Assembly (NCBI GenBank): GCA_963725505.1
Contig: CAVRYN010000012.1
Span: forward strand, 18,164-82,163
Source: an uncultured Verrucomicrobiae bacterium
GTDB taxonomy: Bacteria > Verrucomicrobiota > Verrucomicrobiia > Chthoniobacterales > UBA10450
Direction: 5' to 3'
Length of the DNA: 64,000 nt
The position numbers and the translations under genes were made by a program. Under the pieces are notes generated by a model that did no database searches, was not told the DNA's origin, and worked only from the letters and a program-made list of their open reading frames with translations. This document shows, piece by piece, positions 20,997-30,224 of this stretch (positions within the stretch are counted from its first letter, which is position 1; each line of letters starts with the position of its first letter).

Positions 20997-21941
20997 ATGC
21001 ATCAAGCAGCCCGTTCTTCAGACGAGAATGTCGCAGGCGTTACTGCCTCAGCGGGTGAAGCTGTCGAGCGCGGCAAGTTCATTCGCAAGATTACATCGCT
21101 GATCATCGTCGCGGGCGCGGTGCTGATCACACTCTATGTCTGGGGAATTATCGAACGACATCCCCGGACCGATGATGCCACAGCGCGCGCCAACGTGGTG
21201 GGCATTGCGCCGCGTGTGGCTGGTCAAATCCTTAAGCTGAATGTGCAAGACAACCAAGCGGTGAAAGAAGGCGACGTGCTTTTCGAAATCGACCCGGAGG
21301 ATTACAGACTCGTCCTGCAAAAGGCCAAAGCTGAATTGGCCGCTCTGGATCGACAGATTGCGCAAGCTCATAGCACCTTGCAGCGCCTGGAACCGCTCCT
21401 GCCCAACCACTTTACGACGGCCGAAAATATTGATGAAGCCCGAACGAAAGAGACGACCTTGCAGGCTCAGCGCCAAGGCGTGGTGGCCACCATCAACCTC
21501 GAGGAACTCCATCTCTCCTACTGCAAGGTCATCGCGCCTTTTTCCGGACGTGTCATCAATCTCAACATTTCGGCCGGCGCCCATGTGACCACCGGGGTTC
21601 CCGTCTTCTCGTTGCTAGACACGAGCAAATGGTACGTGATCGCGAATTTTCGCGAAGCGGAAGTCAGACATATGGCTCCGGGCAGCGAAGCGATTGTTTA
21701 TCTCTCGTCCGCGCCTAACCAGCGATTTCGGGGAAGAGTGCAGGGAATTGGATGGGCAGTGAAGCCCGAAGGCGAGACCGATTTGCCCTTTGGCGCTGTG
21801 CCGATTGTGAAACGCGAACTGAACTGGGTACGGGTCGCGCAGCGTTTTCCCGTTCGGATCGAAGTCGAAAATCCGGATCAGAATCTTTTCCGGATGGGCG
21901 CATCGGCAGTTGCGATCATCAAAGGTCCGCCGCGGAAATAA
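20997..21941 (+). CDS. HlyD-family membrane fusion protein (MdtN/AaeA-like)
   Basis: ATG 20997 two bases after the upstream stop. TM anchor, VGIAPRVAGQILKLNV lipoyl-like motif, coiled-coil, then beta-barrel segment. Confidence 0.85.
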   Translation: MHQAARSSDENVAGVTASAGEAVERGKFIRKITSLIIVAGAVLITLYVWGIIERHPRTDDATARANVVGIAPRVAGQILKLNVQDNQAVKEGDVLFEIDPEDYRLVLQKAKAELAALDRQIAQAHSTLQRLEPLLPNHFTTAENIDEARTKETTLQAQRQGVVATINLEELHLSYCKVIAPFSGRVINLNISAGAHVTTGVPVFSLLDTSKWYVIANFREAEVRHMAPGSEAIVYLSSAPNQRFRGRVQGIGWAVKPEGETDLPFGAVPIVKRELNWVRVAQRFPVRIEVENPDQNLFRMGASAVAIIKGPPRK

Positions 21942-21944
21942 TTT

Positions 21945-23045
21945 ATGAGCGCGACGTTTGTCGAAGCGCGACCGATCGATTCCGATTGGATCGGCTGGCT
22001 AAGACGCGAGCTGGCGCCGACGCGCGAGCGCGAAATTAGAACAGCCATCATCGTCGGCGGTGCGGTCTTGTGCGTCATCATTTCCATGACGTTGCAAGTG
22101 CCGCAGCTGGCTACCAGCGCCTACATGGTTTTCTTCGCCTCCAAGGAGAACAAGCGTCTCACGACGATTACAGGAGTCGGCGGAATTTTCGTCCTAACCA
22201 TCGGGATTATCGGCACCCTTCTACTGTACAAGTTCACTTATGGTCATCCCGAATTGCGCATTCCCGGAATGGCAATCGCGCTCTTTCTTGGAATGTGGTT
22301 GTCCCGGGCCTTGGTAATCGGGCCGCTCGGATTCCTCCTTGGCTTTGTTATCGCCGTCTCTCAATCCGTTGGCGAAGAGATTCCGTCACCTGAATATTTG
22401 GTTCGTCAACTTCTGTGGCTATGGGTGGCGCTGACCTACGCCATCGCAGTCACCGTCGTGCTGAACCGGTTGTTTTTGCCAGACACGCCGAAGTCCGCTG
22501 AACATCGGTCGAAACCGAAGAGTTTATTTGTGCCGGACGCGTTCACCAATTTCGCGCACGTGCATTTCGCCCTTAAAGTCACCTTCGCCGCGATGTTCTG
22601 CTACGTCGTTTATGAGGCGATCGATTGGTCGGGAATCCATACGGCGTTCATTACCTGCACGTTCATCGCGCTGGAGAGCACTGAGGCGACGCTCTACAAA
22701 GGAACTTTGCGATTCGTCGGTTGCCTTATCGGCGGCGCGCTCGCGCTTTTTTCGATCGTATTCTTGATGCCGCACATGGAAACGATCGCCTCGCTCGTCG
22801 TACTCGTCGCTTGTGCCTCGGCCATCGCGGGCTGGGTCGCGACCGGAAGCCAACGAATCAGTTATGCTGGGCTGCAACTCGCATTCGCTTTCTTCTACAG
22901 CGTCTTTCAAGGTTACGCGCCCGACACAGATCTCGATAACGTCCGCAATCGCGTCGTCGGCATCCTCTTTGGCCTAATCGTCACCGGACTTGTGTTCCAA
23001 TATATCTGGCCCGAGCGGGCTCGAATCGGATCTGGCGAATCATAA
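21945..23045 (+). CDS. Compact MdtO/FUSC-family inner-membrane efflux protein
   Basis: 366 aa. The N-terminus aligns from memory to E. coli MdtO (WL..EL.P...R..R..)(Q.TA..VGG..L.VIISMT). The second TM block is DAFTNFAHVHFALKVTFAAMFCYVVYEAIDWSGIHTAFITC. Lacks the long soluble inserts of MdtO/AaeB. Confidence 0.7.
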   Translation: MSATFVEARPIDSDWIGWLRRELAPTREREIRTAIIVGGAVLCVIISMTLQVPQLATSAYMVFFASKENKRLTTITGVGGIFVLTIGIIGTLLLYKFTYGHPELRIPGMAIALFLGMWLSRALVIGPLGFLLGFVIAVSQSVGEEIPSPEYLVRQLLWLWVALTYAIAVTVVLNRLFLPDTPKSAEHRSKPKSLFVPDAFTNFAHVHFALKVTFAAMFCYVVYEAIDWSGIHTAFITCTFIALESTEATLYKGTLRFVGCLIGGALALFSIVFLMPHMETIASLVVLVACASAIAGWVATGSQRISYAGLQLAFAFFYSVFQGYAPDTDLDNVRNRVVGILFGLIVTGLVFQYIWPERARIGSGES

Positions 23046-24685
23046 TGAAGTCGACGCCCGTTCTCTTCCAAGGTCTGCTTCTCGTTGGATTATGCGGGTG
23101 CGCCTCTCATCTGGCGACGGTAAAAACAATACCGGCGCGTCTATCCACGGGGCTACGGGTGGAGGAGCCACTTGATTCTGCCACAAAATATCTTGCGGCA
23201 GCAGAACATGAACAGGGCTTGCCGGCTTTGGGCCATGACCTGCTCGCTGTTAAAATTTCCGAGGGAGTGTTGGAACGACAGCCAAAAAACGAATCAGCGC
23301 GAAGTCTCTACAACTTCGCTGTAGCGCGTGTCGTTCAGGATGTTGATCGAACAGATCTTGAGCCGTGGCGGCATCCCGTCACTGTCGTGACGGATGAAGG
23401 TCGTTATACTCTCGTATCTCCCAAGCCCGTCGACGCGGACCATGATCCGAGTCGATACGATTTATTTCCGACCGACACGTTGAAGATCGGCGGAACATTC
23501 TTCAAGACCTACTCGACTGTGAGTGGCCTTGGCGCGCCGATTGCAGTGGTTGGGCGGACAGAAAGTCCACACTTCCGTCAGCAATACAAACTTCGCCGCA
23601 TTTACGCGCCGATCACCGCGATCGTCCGCTTCTCCGGCCGGAAAGCGCACCTGGAGTTCATGGATCCATTAAACGCCGAAAGAACCACACTGAACAAACA
23701 AGTCTTTCCTCTTGCCGCTGATTTTGATGCGCCTACGGCACTCCTGGTCGCTCGTGAACGCCCGGAACGGCTTGGGCTGTCGCGGGTCATGAACCCGGAA
23801 GCCTATGCAGATACAGCGATGCTGACTCGGTTGCAGCAATTCGATCCCGCGCGGACGCCCGTGATTTTCGTTCACGGCTTGCAAGAAACAGGAGCGAGCT
23901 GGGCGCCAATGATCGGCTCCCTCCGTCATGACCCCGCGATAAGGAAGCATTATCAGTTCTGGTACTTCAGTTATCCGAGTGGTTATCCCTATCCCTATGC
24001 TGCAATGCTCTTTCGCCGAGATCTGAATGGGATTGAGCGCGCCTTTCCCAAACACAAACGAATCGTCCTCATTGGTCACAGCATGGGCGGATTGCTTTGT
24101 CGATTAATGATCACGGACGCGGGCGACAAAATTTGGCGCGATTTTTTTGCCACGTCTCCCGGCAAAACTCCGCTAGCGCCGGATACGCGCAAACTTTTGG
24201 AAGAAGCGCTGATTTTTAGTCATCAGCCGGATGTTCAACGGGTCATATTTATTTCGACGCCGCATCGAGGAAGTGAGCTGGCGTCGAACTGGATCGGGCG
24301 CATCGGCGCTGCTCTCGTCAGAACTCCGCGATTCTTCACGTCGGTCTACGCTGCAACCAAACCGCTCCTTGTCGCTGATCCTGCGGCCAGACCGCTGAAT
24401 CGCATGCCGAATAGCGTCGATACCCTTCAGCCTAACGATCGCTTTGTGGAAGCTGTTAACAAACTGCCAATCTCGCCGGGAATTCCTTATCATTCGATCA
24501 TGGGAGACCGCGGCCGGGGCGACACACCCAATAGTTCCGATGGTGTGGTCCCCTACTGGAGCTCTCATCTCCCAGGCGCGCAGTCGGAGTTAATCGTGAA
24601 TTCAGATCACGGCGCGCAGTATAATCCGCAAGCAATTCGAGAAGTTGAACGGATTCTGAAAAAGAATCTGAGCGCCTCCCGGTAG
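23045..24685 (+). CDS. Secreted, probably lipid-anchored alpha/beta hydrolase (lipase/esterase-like)
   Basis: 546 aa. Signal peptide ending LVGLCGC, GHSMGG nucleophile elbow, FVHGLQETGASW oxyanion region, C-terminal SDGVVPYWSSHL..SDHGA (Asp/His). Confidence 0.7.
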   Translation: MKSTPVLFQGLLLVGLCGCASHLATVKTIPARLSTGLRVEEPLDSATKYLAAAEHEQGLPALGHDLLAVKISEGVLERQPKNESARSLYNFAVARVVQDVDRTDLEPWRHPVTVVTDEGRYTLVSPKPVDADHDPSRYDLFPTDTLKIGGTFFKTYSTVSGLGAPIAVVGRTESPHFRQQYKLRRIYAPITAIVRFSGRKAHLEFMDPLNAERTTLNKQVFPLAADFDAPTALLVARERPERLGLSRVMNPEAYADTAMLTRLQQFDPARTPVIFVHGLQETGASWAPMIGSLRHDPAIRKHYQFWYFSYPSGYPYPYAAMLFRRDLNGIERAFPKHKRIVLIGHSMGGLLCRLMITDAGDKIWRDFFATSPGKTPLAPDTRKLLEEALIFSHQPDVQRVIFISTPHRGSELASNWIGRIGAALVRTPRFFTSVYAATKPLLVADPAARPLNRMPNSVDTLQPNDRFVEAVNKLPISPGIPYHSIMGDRGRGDTPNSSDGVVPYWSSHLPGAQSELIVNSDHGAQYNPQAIREVERILKKNLSASR

Positions 24686-24691
24686 CGACGT

Positions 24692-25727
24692 ATGAAGCGA
24701 ATTCTTTTCCGATTCTTCGTTTTGTTTGCGATCTCAAGCCAAGTCGCGTGGAGCGCGGAAACGCCCGCTTTAATTGATCGGCCAGCGGCCGGTGCCGGGC
24801 CAACTCAAGTTTCCGTTGGAATCTGGATTGTCGACATCACTAACATCGACAGCGCCCAACAAAACTTCACCGCCGACCTCGCTATCGTCTTTCGCTGGAA
24901 GGACGCTCGACTTACGCACACGGGAACAGGTGTGGCGTACCTACGCGCTCGATCAAATCTGGACTCCGCGAGTAGGTATCGCGAATGAAACGAATTCAGT
25001 CGTTCGCAAGTTCCCGGAGTCGGCCGAGGTGGAGCCTGATGGAACTGTTCTCTATCGGCAGCTTTATGTCGGAGCATTCACTCAACCTTTGCGGTTGAGA
25101 TCGTTTCCGTTCGACCGGCAGGCTTTTCACATTCAGCTCGTTGCGGTCCGATATCCACCTGACGAAGTAATGTTTGTCGCAGATCAAAATTGGATAAACA
25201 ACGGCCTCAAAGAAGGGGCTGGAATCGCGCCATCGATTACACTGCCAGACTGGACGATTGAAAAGTGGGGTACCAAGCCGGTGACATACGCGCTGGCGCC
25301 GGGTTTCGAGTACTCTGGTTATGCTTTCGAATTCACCGCTTCGCGCAACGTGCTGCACTACATTCTAAAGGTAATTCTTCCTCTTGTTCTGATCGTCATC
25401 ATGTCATGGGTTGTTTTTTGGATTGAGCCAAGTGAACTCGGCATCCAATTCAGCATTGCGATGACCTCCATGCTTACTCTTATCGCCTATCGTTTTGCCG
25501 TTGATACCCAGCTGCCTCGCCTCCCTTACACGACCCGACTCGACACTTTCATTCTAACAAGCACCCTGCTTGTCTTTTTTTCTTTGATCGAAGTCTTGGT
25601 GACGACAATTCTCGACAACAAAGAGCAGACAAAAGTGGCCAAGAGAATCGACCTATACTGCCGTGTAATTTTCCCGGTGATTTTCGCGCTCGCCACAATC
25701 GGCATCTTTTTCCATGCACGTGACTAA
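24692..25727 (+). pseudogene. Prokaryotic pentameric ligand-gated ion channel (Cys-loop receptor homologue), one frameshift near 24930
   Basis: Signal peptide. Extracellular beta-sandwich domain (VSVGIWIVDITNIDSAQQNFTADLAIVFRWKD, FPFDRQAFHIQL). Four TM helices (YILKVILPLVLIVIMSWVVFWI..; MTSMLTLIAY; TLLVFFSLIEVLV; VIFPVIFALATIGIF). Split between ORFs 24692-24988 and 24774-25727. Confidence 0.8.
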
Positions 25728-25750
25728 CTTGGAATGGATGCTCGAAATTC

Positions 25751-26314
25751 ATGAATATTGAGTCGATCGAACCGGTTATAAAAAAAGCATCCGGATGGGT
25801 GATCGTTTGGGGTGTTGTGACTTTTGTTTGCGGGATACTGGCGATAGTTCTTCCTTTGACGTTCTCTTTTGGAATCGCGCTCATCATTGGTTGCCTTGTA
25901 TTGGTCGCAGGAATCGCGCATTTAGTTTTCGCTTTTCAGACACGGAGCGTTGACGGTTTTCTCTGGCAAATATTGGTGAGCGTACTCTATGGAGTAGCGG
26001 CAATCTGCCTTCTGGTGAACCCGCTTTTGAGTGTTCTTTCAGTGACGTTGTTTCTGGCGATTTTTCTTCTCCTGGAGGGCATTTTTGAACTTGCTCTTTA
26101 TTTCTGTCTGCGGCGATTTCGCCACTCCTTCTGGTTGCTGATTGACGGGATTGGTACTTTGATTCTTGGGATCTTGATGATCAGGCGATGGCCACCAGCT
26201 TCTCCAGAGATAATAGGAACGTTGGTTGGTATTAGCTTGATGCTAAGCGCCGTCTCCAGAGTTGTCCTTTCGCTCGCGGTTCGCACAATAAATCCGGCGC
26301 CGGCTACCGATTAA
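25751..26314 (+). CDS. HdeD/DUF308 family membrane protein
   Basis: 187 aa with six hydrophobic helices and the repeated GILAIVLP../GIAHLVFAF pattern typical of HdeD. Confidence 0.75.
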   Translation: MNIESIEPVIKKASGWVIVWGVVTFVCGILAIVLPLTFSFGIALIIGCLVLVAGIAHLVFAFQTRSVDGFLWQILVSVLYGVAAICLLVNPLLSVLSVTLFLAIFLLLEGIFELALYFCLRRFRHSFWLLIDGIGTLILGILMIRRWPPASPEIIGTLVGISLMLSAVSRVVLSLAVRTINPAPATD

Positions 26315-26598
26315 CGAAGCTCGTGTAAAAGACGCGGTATTCCACCGCTCACGGAATGTCAAAAGGGGTATCAAACGCGGGTCCATAACCCCAAAATCTG
26401 ACCACGTTCGCCCGATGTTTTGTGAGCGATGTCAAATAGGTTCGGACCCCACGCCTTCACGGGCTCCCGCCTTCGCCTAGCTACGGCGCGGCAGGCGACC
26501 CAGGAGAAATGGTCTTCCGAGATTTTCCGTTTCGGCTAAGGAAAAGCCGCAAGTGACAAAATGGTACCGGACCGTGTAGGCTCCGGATTTATTTTTCG

Positions 26599-27315
26599 TC
26601 ACTTCGGGGTGAACTGCGCAAGATCGTAAATGCCAAGGCGCTTCTCGATCCCGGCGACTCTATCCACCACCGTTTCGAATCCGTCCTCGCCGAACAGTTC
26701 GTCTTCCTTCTTCTCGAAGTCTTCGCCCAGAGAATCGAATTCATGCGGCGAAACGATCTTGCGAAATGCGGGGAAAAGGACCGTGTCCTCTCGCGCTTCA
26801 TGCGGGTTGTACATGTTGATGAATTGCTGCAAGGAATTGATGAGCTGTGCCCGCTCGGAGTCATTTTTCAGTGATTGCAAATTTGCAAAGCGCAACGTGA
26901 TGTCCGTAACGCGTCGTCCGGCCTGGTGCTGCGTGCGAAGCACTTTCACCAGATCGACGAGCTGATTTGCCTTTTCGAACCGCGGGAAAAGAAAATCTTC
27001 CTCCAGCTTTTCGTGATAATCTTCAACGAAGCTGCGAATAATTCCCGCGGCATCAACCAACGCGTCCGGCGGCAAATCTTGTTTGGCATAGAGCCGGTGC
27101 AACGCTTCGCCGTAAATCAGAAGCACGCGCTTCAAAACGCCATGCTCGCGCATCAGGTCTTCCGGTGGGCCAATCTCGATTTCCTCACTTTGCTTCTCCT
27201 TCTCCGCGCCACGCAACAGTGCCGCTCCAGCCAACGCTGCGCCGCTGAAAATAATTCCGCTCCTGAGAAAAACTCTGCGATTAACGATGTGCTCGTGTTG
27301 ATGTCGATCTTTCAT
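26599..27315 (-). CDS. Hemerythrin-domain protein with Tat signal peptide
   Basis: 238 aa. NRRVFLRSG twin-arginine motif followed by a hydrophobic h-region. HHE-type metal ligands (LMREHGVL, EDYHEKLEED, RTQHQAG, NPHEARED). Confidence 0.75.
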   Translation of the reverse strand: MKDRHQHEHIVNRRVFLRSGIIFSGAALAGAALLRGAEKEKQSEEIEIGPPEDLMREHGVLKRVLLIYGEALHRLYAKQDLPPDALVDAAGIIRSFVEDYHEKLEEDFLFPRFEKANQLVDLVKVLRTQHQAGRRVTDITLRFANLQSLKNDSERAQLINSLQQFINMYNPHEAREDTVLFPAFRKIVSPHEFDSLGEDFEKKEDELFGEDGFETVVDRVAGIEKRLGIYDLAQFTPK

Positions 27316-27396
27316 ATTTTGATTGCCTGCACCTAAATCGGAGGATCGAGTCTCACTTCACCCATGAGCGTATCAGCGAAAAAGCGCGCGTCGAGT

Positions 27397-27717
27397 TCAA
27401 CGTCGCATGATGTGGATGGAAAGAATCCGGCTTTGATGACGGGCAAGCAAATAATCGACGAAGTCGCCAATGATTGAGTTCGGCTTGTTTCCCAATTTGG
27501 TGACGACACGGCAAATCAAAGTGTGGCTGCGCCCGTGCCATTCCAGATTGATGGCGCCGTGCGCGGTTTCGCTATGGATTTTCGCCCAGCCGTGGGGACG
27601 ACCCGGGCGCTGATGTTCAGTGGGAATCAGTTCAAACCGCCGAAGTTGCGGATCGGTCATGATCTTTTCCCGCAGCGATCCGCGCCCGGTTGTGATGATT
27701 TGGATCACGGTTTGCAT
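27397..27717 (-). CDS. Hypothetical protein
   Basis: 106-aa ORF (possibly starting at MTDPQL, 27661) downstream of the GNAT gene on the same strand. No family recognised. Confidence 0.4.
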   Translation of the reverse strand: MQTVIQIITTGRGSLREKIMTDPQLRRFELIPTEHQRPGRPHGWAKIHSETAHGAINLEWHGRSHTLICRVVTKLGNKPNSIIGDFVDYLLARHQSRILSIHIMRR

Positions 27718-27822
27718 TTCACGCCTAGGTTCAGCAGGAAATCAGTCCTTTTGCAATGCTTCTTTCACGTGACGCAGGCAATCTTGCCTGCGAGCTTTGA
27801 GACGCAGACAGGATTGTCCGCG

Positions 27823-28314
27823 TCACGTCAGCAACGAGCGGTACATGACGTAAACATCGACATATCCCTTTTCAGGATGGTGAAACGCGCCTGGCAAAGT
27901 GCCGACGATTTTAAAACCGAGTTGCTCCCAAAGATGGATCGCCGGCGTGTTCGTAGAAACAACGAAATTAAATTGCATGGCGCGAAAACCCATTCGGCGC
28001 GCCTCATCCAAACAATGCTCGGCCATGCTGCGTCCCACTCCGGAGCGCTGCGCGTCTGAAGCCACCATGAACGCGGCGTTGGCGACGTGCGAGCCGGGAC
28101 CGAGTTGATTCGGTCTTAAGATATAAGTGCCGACGACGCGGCCATCTTTTTCCACCATGTAAGTATGCGTATCGGCTCGAAACCAATAAGCAAGCGCCTC
28201 CTCGCGGGACATTTTCGGATCAAACGCATAGGTATCGCCCGCCGCGACGATCTCTTGAAAAATATTCCAGATCGCGTCGCGATCCGATTCAGTTGCCGCG
28301 CGTATTTTCATCAC
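27823..28314 (-). CDS. GNAT family N-acetyltransferase
   Basis: 163 aa. Acetyl-CoA binding Q/RxxGxG/A-type motif (AQRSGVGRSMAEH) and the conserved beta4-alpha3 region. Confidence 0.85.
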   Translation of the reverse strand: MMKIRAATESDRDAIWNIFQEIVAAGDTYAFDPKMSREEALAYWFRADTHTYMVEKDGRVVGTYILRPNQLGPGSHVANAAFMVASDAQRSGVGRSMAEHCLDEARRMGFRAMQFNFVVSTNTPAIHLWEQLGFKIVGTLPGAFHHPEKGYVDVYVMYRSLLT

Positions 28315-28353
28315 TCACAGCAAAGGCACTACAACTCATCTCATAAATGGCGC

Positions 28354-28447
28354 TGTCATGTTGAGCGAAGCGAAACATCTCCGTCTATTTCCGTTGCTGG
28401 ATCGGTCTAGATTTGATCCGAGATTCTTCGCTTCGCTCAGAATGACA
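28354..28447. repeat. REP-like palindromic intergenic element, copy 1
   Basis: Arms tgtcatgttgagcgaagcgaaacatctc (28354-28381) and gagattcttcgcttcgctcagaatgaca (28420-28447) are near-complementary. A second copy lies at 41507-41599. Confidence 0.7.
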
Positions 28448-28496
28448 TCATGTGATGGCTTTAGTATCACTCTTGCTCTTGCTCATGGATTTCCCG

Positions 28497-29081
28497 CTAA
28501 CAAAGCGCCAGCCACGCAGCAAGCGCAGCGAGTTTCTGTTCTGCGCGCCATGGTCCTTGCGCAACTCGGCCAAAATCCCGGATCATACGTTGCACGTTGT
28601 CATTCGAGTCTTTGAGTTCCGCGGCGGCTTGCGCGTACGCGTTCCGCTCGACAAGAATCTCCGTGCGAATGCGGCATGCCTGCAAGGCTTCCCCGAGCAC
28701 GGAGCGAAATAACTGGCCTTCGAATGCGTGCGCGCGGATGTGTGCATTTGCGATCGAATCGGGTTCGACCTGGCTTCCCACCACAAGGGCCGCGCGCCTG
28801 ATCGCGTAACCTTTCTGTCGATAACTGGCAAGGAGCGTCGCAATCGACTGTTGTGCAATGCTTCGCACCACACTCACGCGCCGGTCTATTTTTGTGGTGT
28901 CCGTTTCGAGTTTTCCCATCGCGGCGTGATACGGCTGTCGCGTTTCAGGAAGCCGCGGATCGGACAGGTCTATCCGCCGGACATCGCACAGCTGAGGCGA
29001 AAGAGTTGGACCCGTCAGCAGCACAGCAGCCGCCCAGCCGGATTTTACTCGAAAACCGAGCGCCGCAAGTTGCGGCTTCAT
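28497..29081 (-). CDS. Hypothetical cytoplasmic protein, translationally coupled to the upstream TonB_C-fusion gene
   Basis: 194-aa ORF. Its ATG overlaps the upstream stop (ATGA at 29078-29081). N-terminus is ALGFRVKSGWAAAVLL. No family recognised. Confidence 0.5.
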   Translation of the reverse strand: MKPQLAALGFRVKSGWAAAVLLTGPTLSPQLCDVRRIDLSDPRLPETRQPYHAAMGKLETDTTKIDRRVSVVRSIAQQSIATLLASYRQKGYAIRRAALVVGSQVEPDSIANAHIRAHAFEGQLFRSVLGEALQACRIRTEILVERNAYAQAAAELKDSNDNVQRMIRDFGRVAQGPWRAEQKLAALAAWLALC

Positions 29082-30149
29082 CGGATTCTAAATGTCACAG
29101 GAACTGTTACAACCCATCCCTGGCCCGGTGAACATTTCCATTGCCGAAGCGTTCTGATGGCAGATTCATCAAAGAGCCGATTTCCTGTGGATTGAACCAG
29201 CTGGATATTCGTTACGTTTCCTTGGGCATCGAAACTTAGACGAAAGCGGCCTGTTCCCGAAAGGCCGGGCAGAGAGGCCCCGGGAGGAAAGGCTGGGGCG
29301 GGCGCATAGACCAATCGCGGTTTCGGTGTTGCCCGTGGTGTAGCGCTCGCGGCTGTTGCCGGCCAGTTCGACTGGGTGCCAGCCGCAACGCGAGACAACA
29401 ACGAGTCCAATGCGGCAGAAGGATGCGCAATGGTTCTTTCCCCGCCTGATGTAATGATGCCTACTACTTCGCCACTCTAGGTTGACGACCGGAGATCCGA
29501 CGGCACTGAGAGGAGTCGCTCCAGTAATTTCCAGACGTTCGGGGCCTTGTGAAGCAATCGTCATTTCACGAGCGCTGCCCTCACTTCCGGCCAGCGCGCT
29601 GCCGACCACCGCAACGCCTGTGCCGACCGTTAGATCGGCGTCTTTGTGTAACTCGAGAAACCGCAAAAGTTTCCGGGGCTTCACGTCGGCCTGTAGAACT
29701 GCCAGGTCCAATGCTTTCGAAGCCGCGAGAATGCCACTGACATTGTAGATTCCGCCGTCTGCCGTCTTTGCGACGGCATTGATTCCGCCTTCGATTGCAC
29801 CTTCCGTAGTAACGAATCTACCGTCTGGAGAAATAAAGAAACCGCTCTGCGTCCGCAGCAAATTCCCCTTTGCATCAAAGACGGTCACCCAAATCACCGA
29901 AGGCCGGACCCTTGTTTCCAGTTTTGCTAAATCGGACGACGGACTTTGATCGGCTTTTGCTCCAGGCGACGGAGTGGTTGACGGCGCGACAGCCGGCGAT
30001 TGAGTTGCAGTGGTGACCCGCGATACCGATGACGACTGCGCCACGGGTGAGCCGCTGACAACCTGGCTCATCGATTTTCGCCCGTATCCAACAGCCGCAA
30101 AGACAGCCAGCCAAAGAGCGTATCGAAGCAGCGGCAGTCGGGGATTCAT
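29078..30149 (-). pseudogene. Secreted trypsin/HtrA-like (apparently catalytically dead) domain fused to a TonB C-terminal domain; one frameshift near 29476
   Basis: Signal/anchor MNPRLPLLRYALWLAVFAAV, a Ser/Pro-rich linker, then an HtrA-like fold (QSGFFISPDGRFVTTEGAI, DLAVLQ, GSPVVNLEGEVVGIITSGG). C-terminal TonB_C (RLVYAPAPAFPPGA..GRFRLSFDAQGNVTNIQLVQSTGNRLFDESAIRTLRQWK) lies in ORF 29078-29410. Confidence 0.65.
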
Positions 30150-30224
30150 TTGCTTCCTTCGAATGTATTGTCGCGCCTTGGACCACACTTGATCAAGGCC
30201 ACGAAATTCTCCCTGTCTTCGCGA

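Noticed and set aside
21048-21584. 178-aa ORF on the minus strand
   Set aside because: Antisense to the HlyD-family gene, which has clear family motifs. Shadow ORF.
26315-26598. 284-bp gene-free spacer examined for an ncRNA or riboswitch
   Set aside because: I found only a weak terminator-like hairpin for the hemerythrin gene (ccggagcctacacggtccgg on the minus strand, ~26567-26586) and a REP-like string (ttcgcctagctacggcgcggcaggc). No known RNA family signature could be recognised by eye.
27397-28314. GNAT plus downstream 106-aa ORF as a GNAT-type toxin/antitoxin pair
   Set aside because: The gene order and ~100-bp spacing are atypical. No RHH/DUF1778-like antitoxin motif is present, and the GNAT resembles ordinary small-molecule acetyltransferases.
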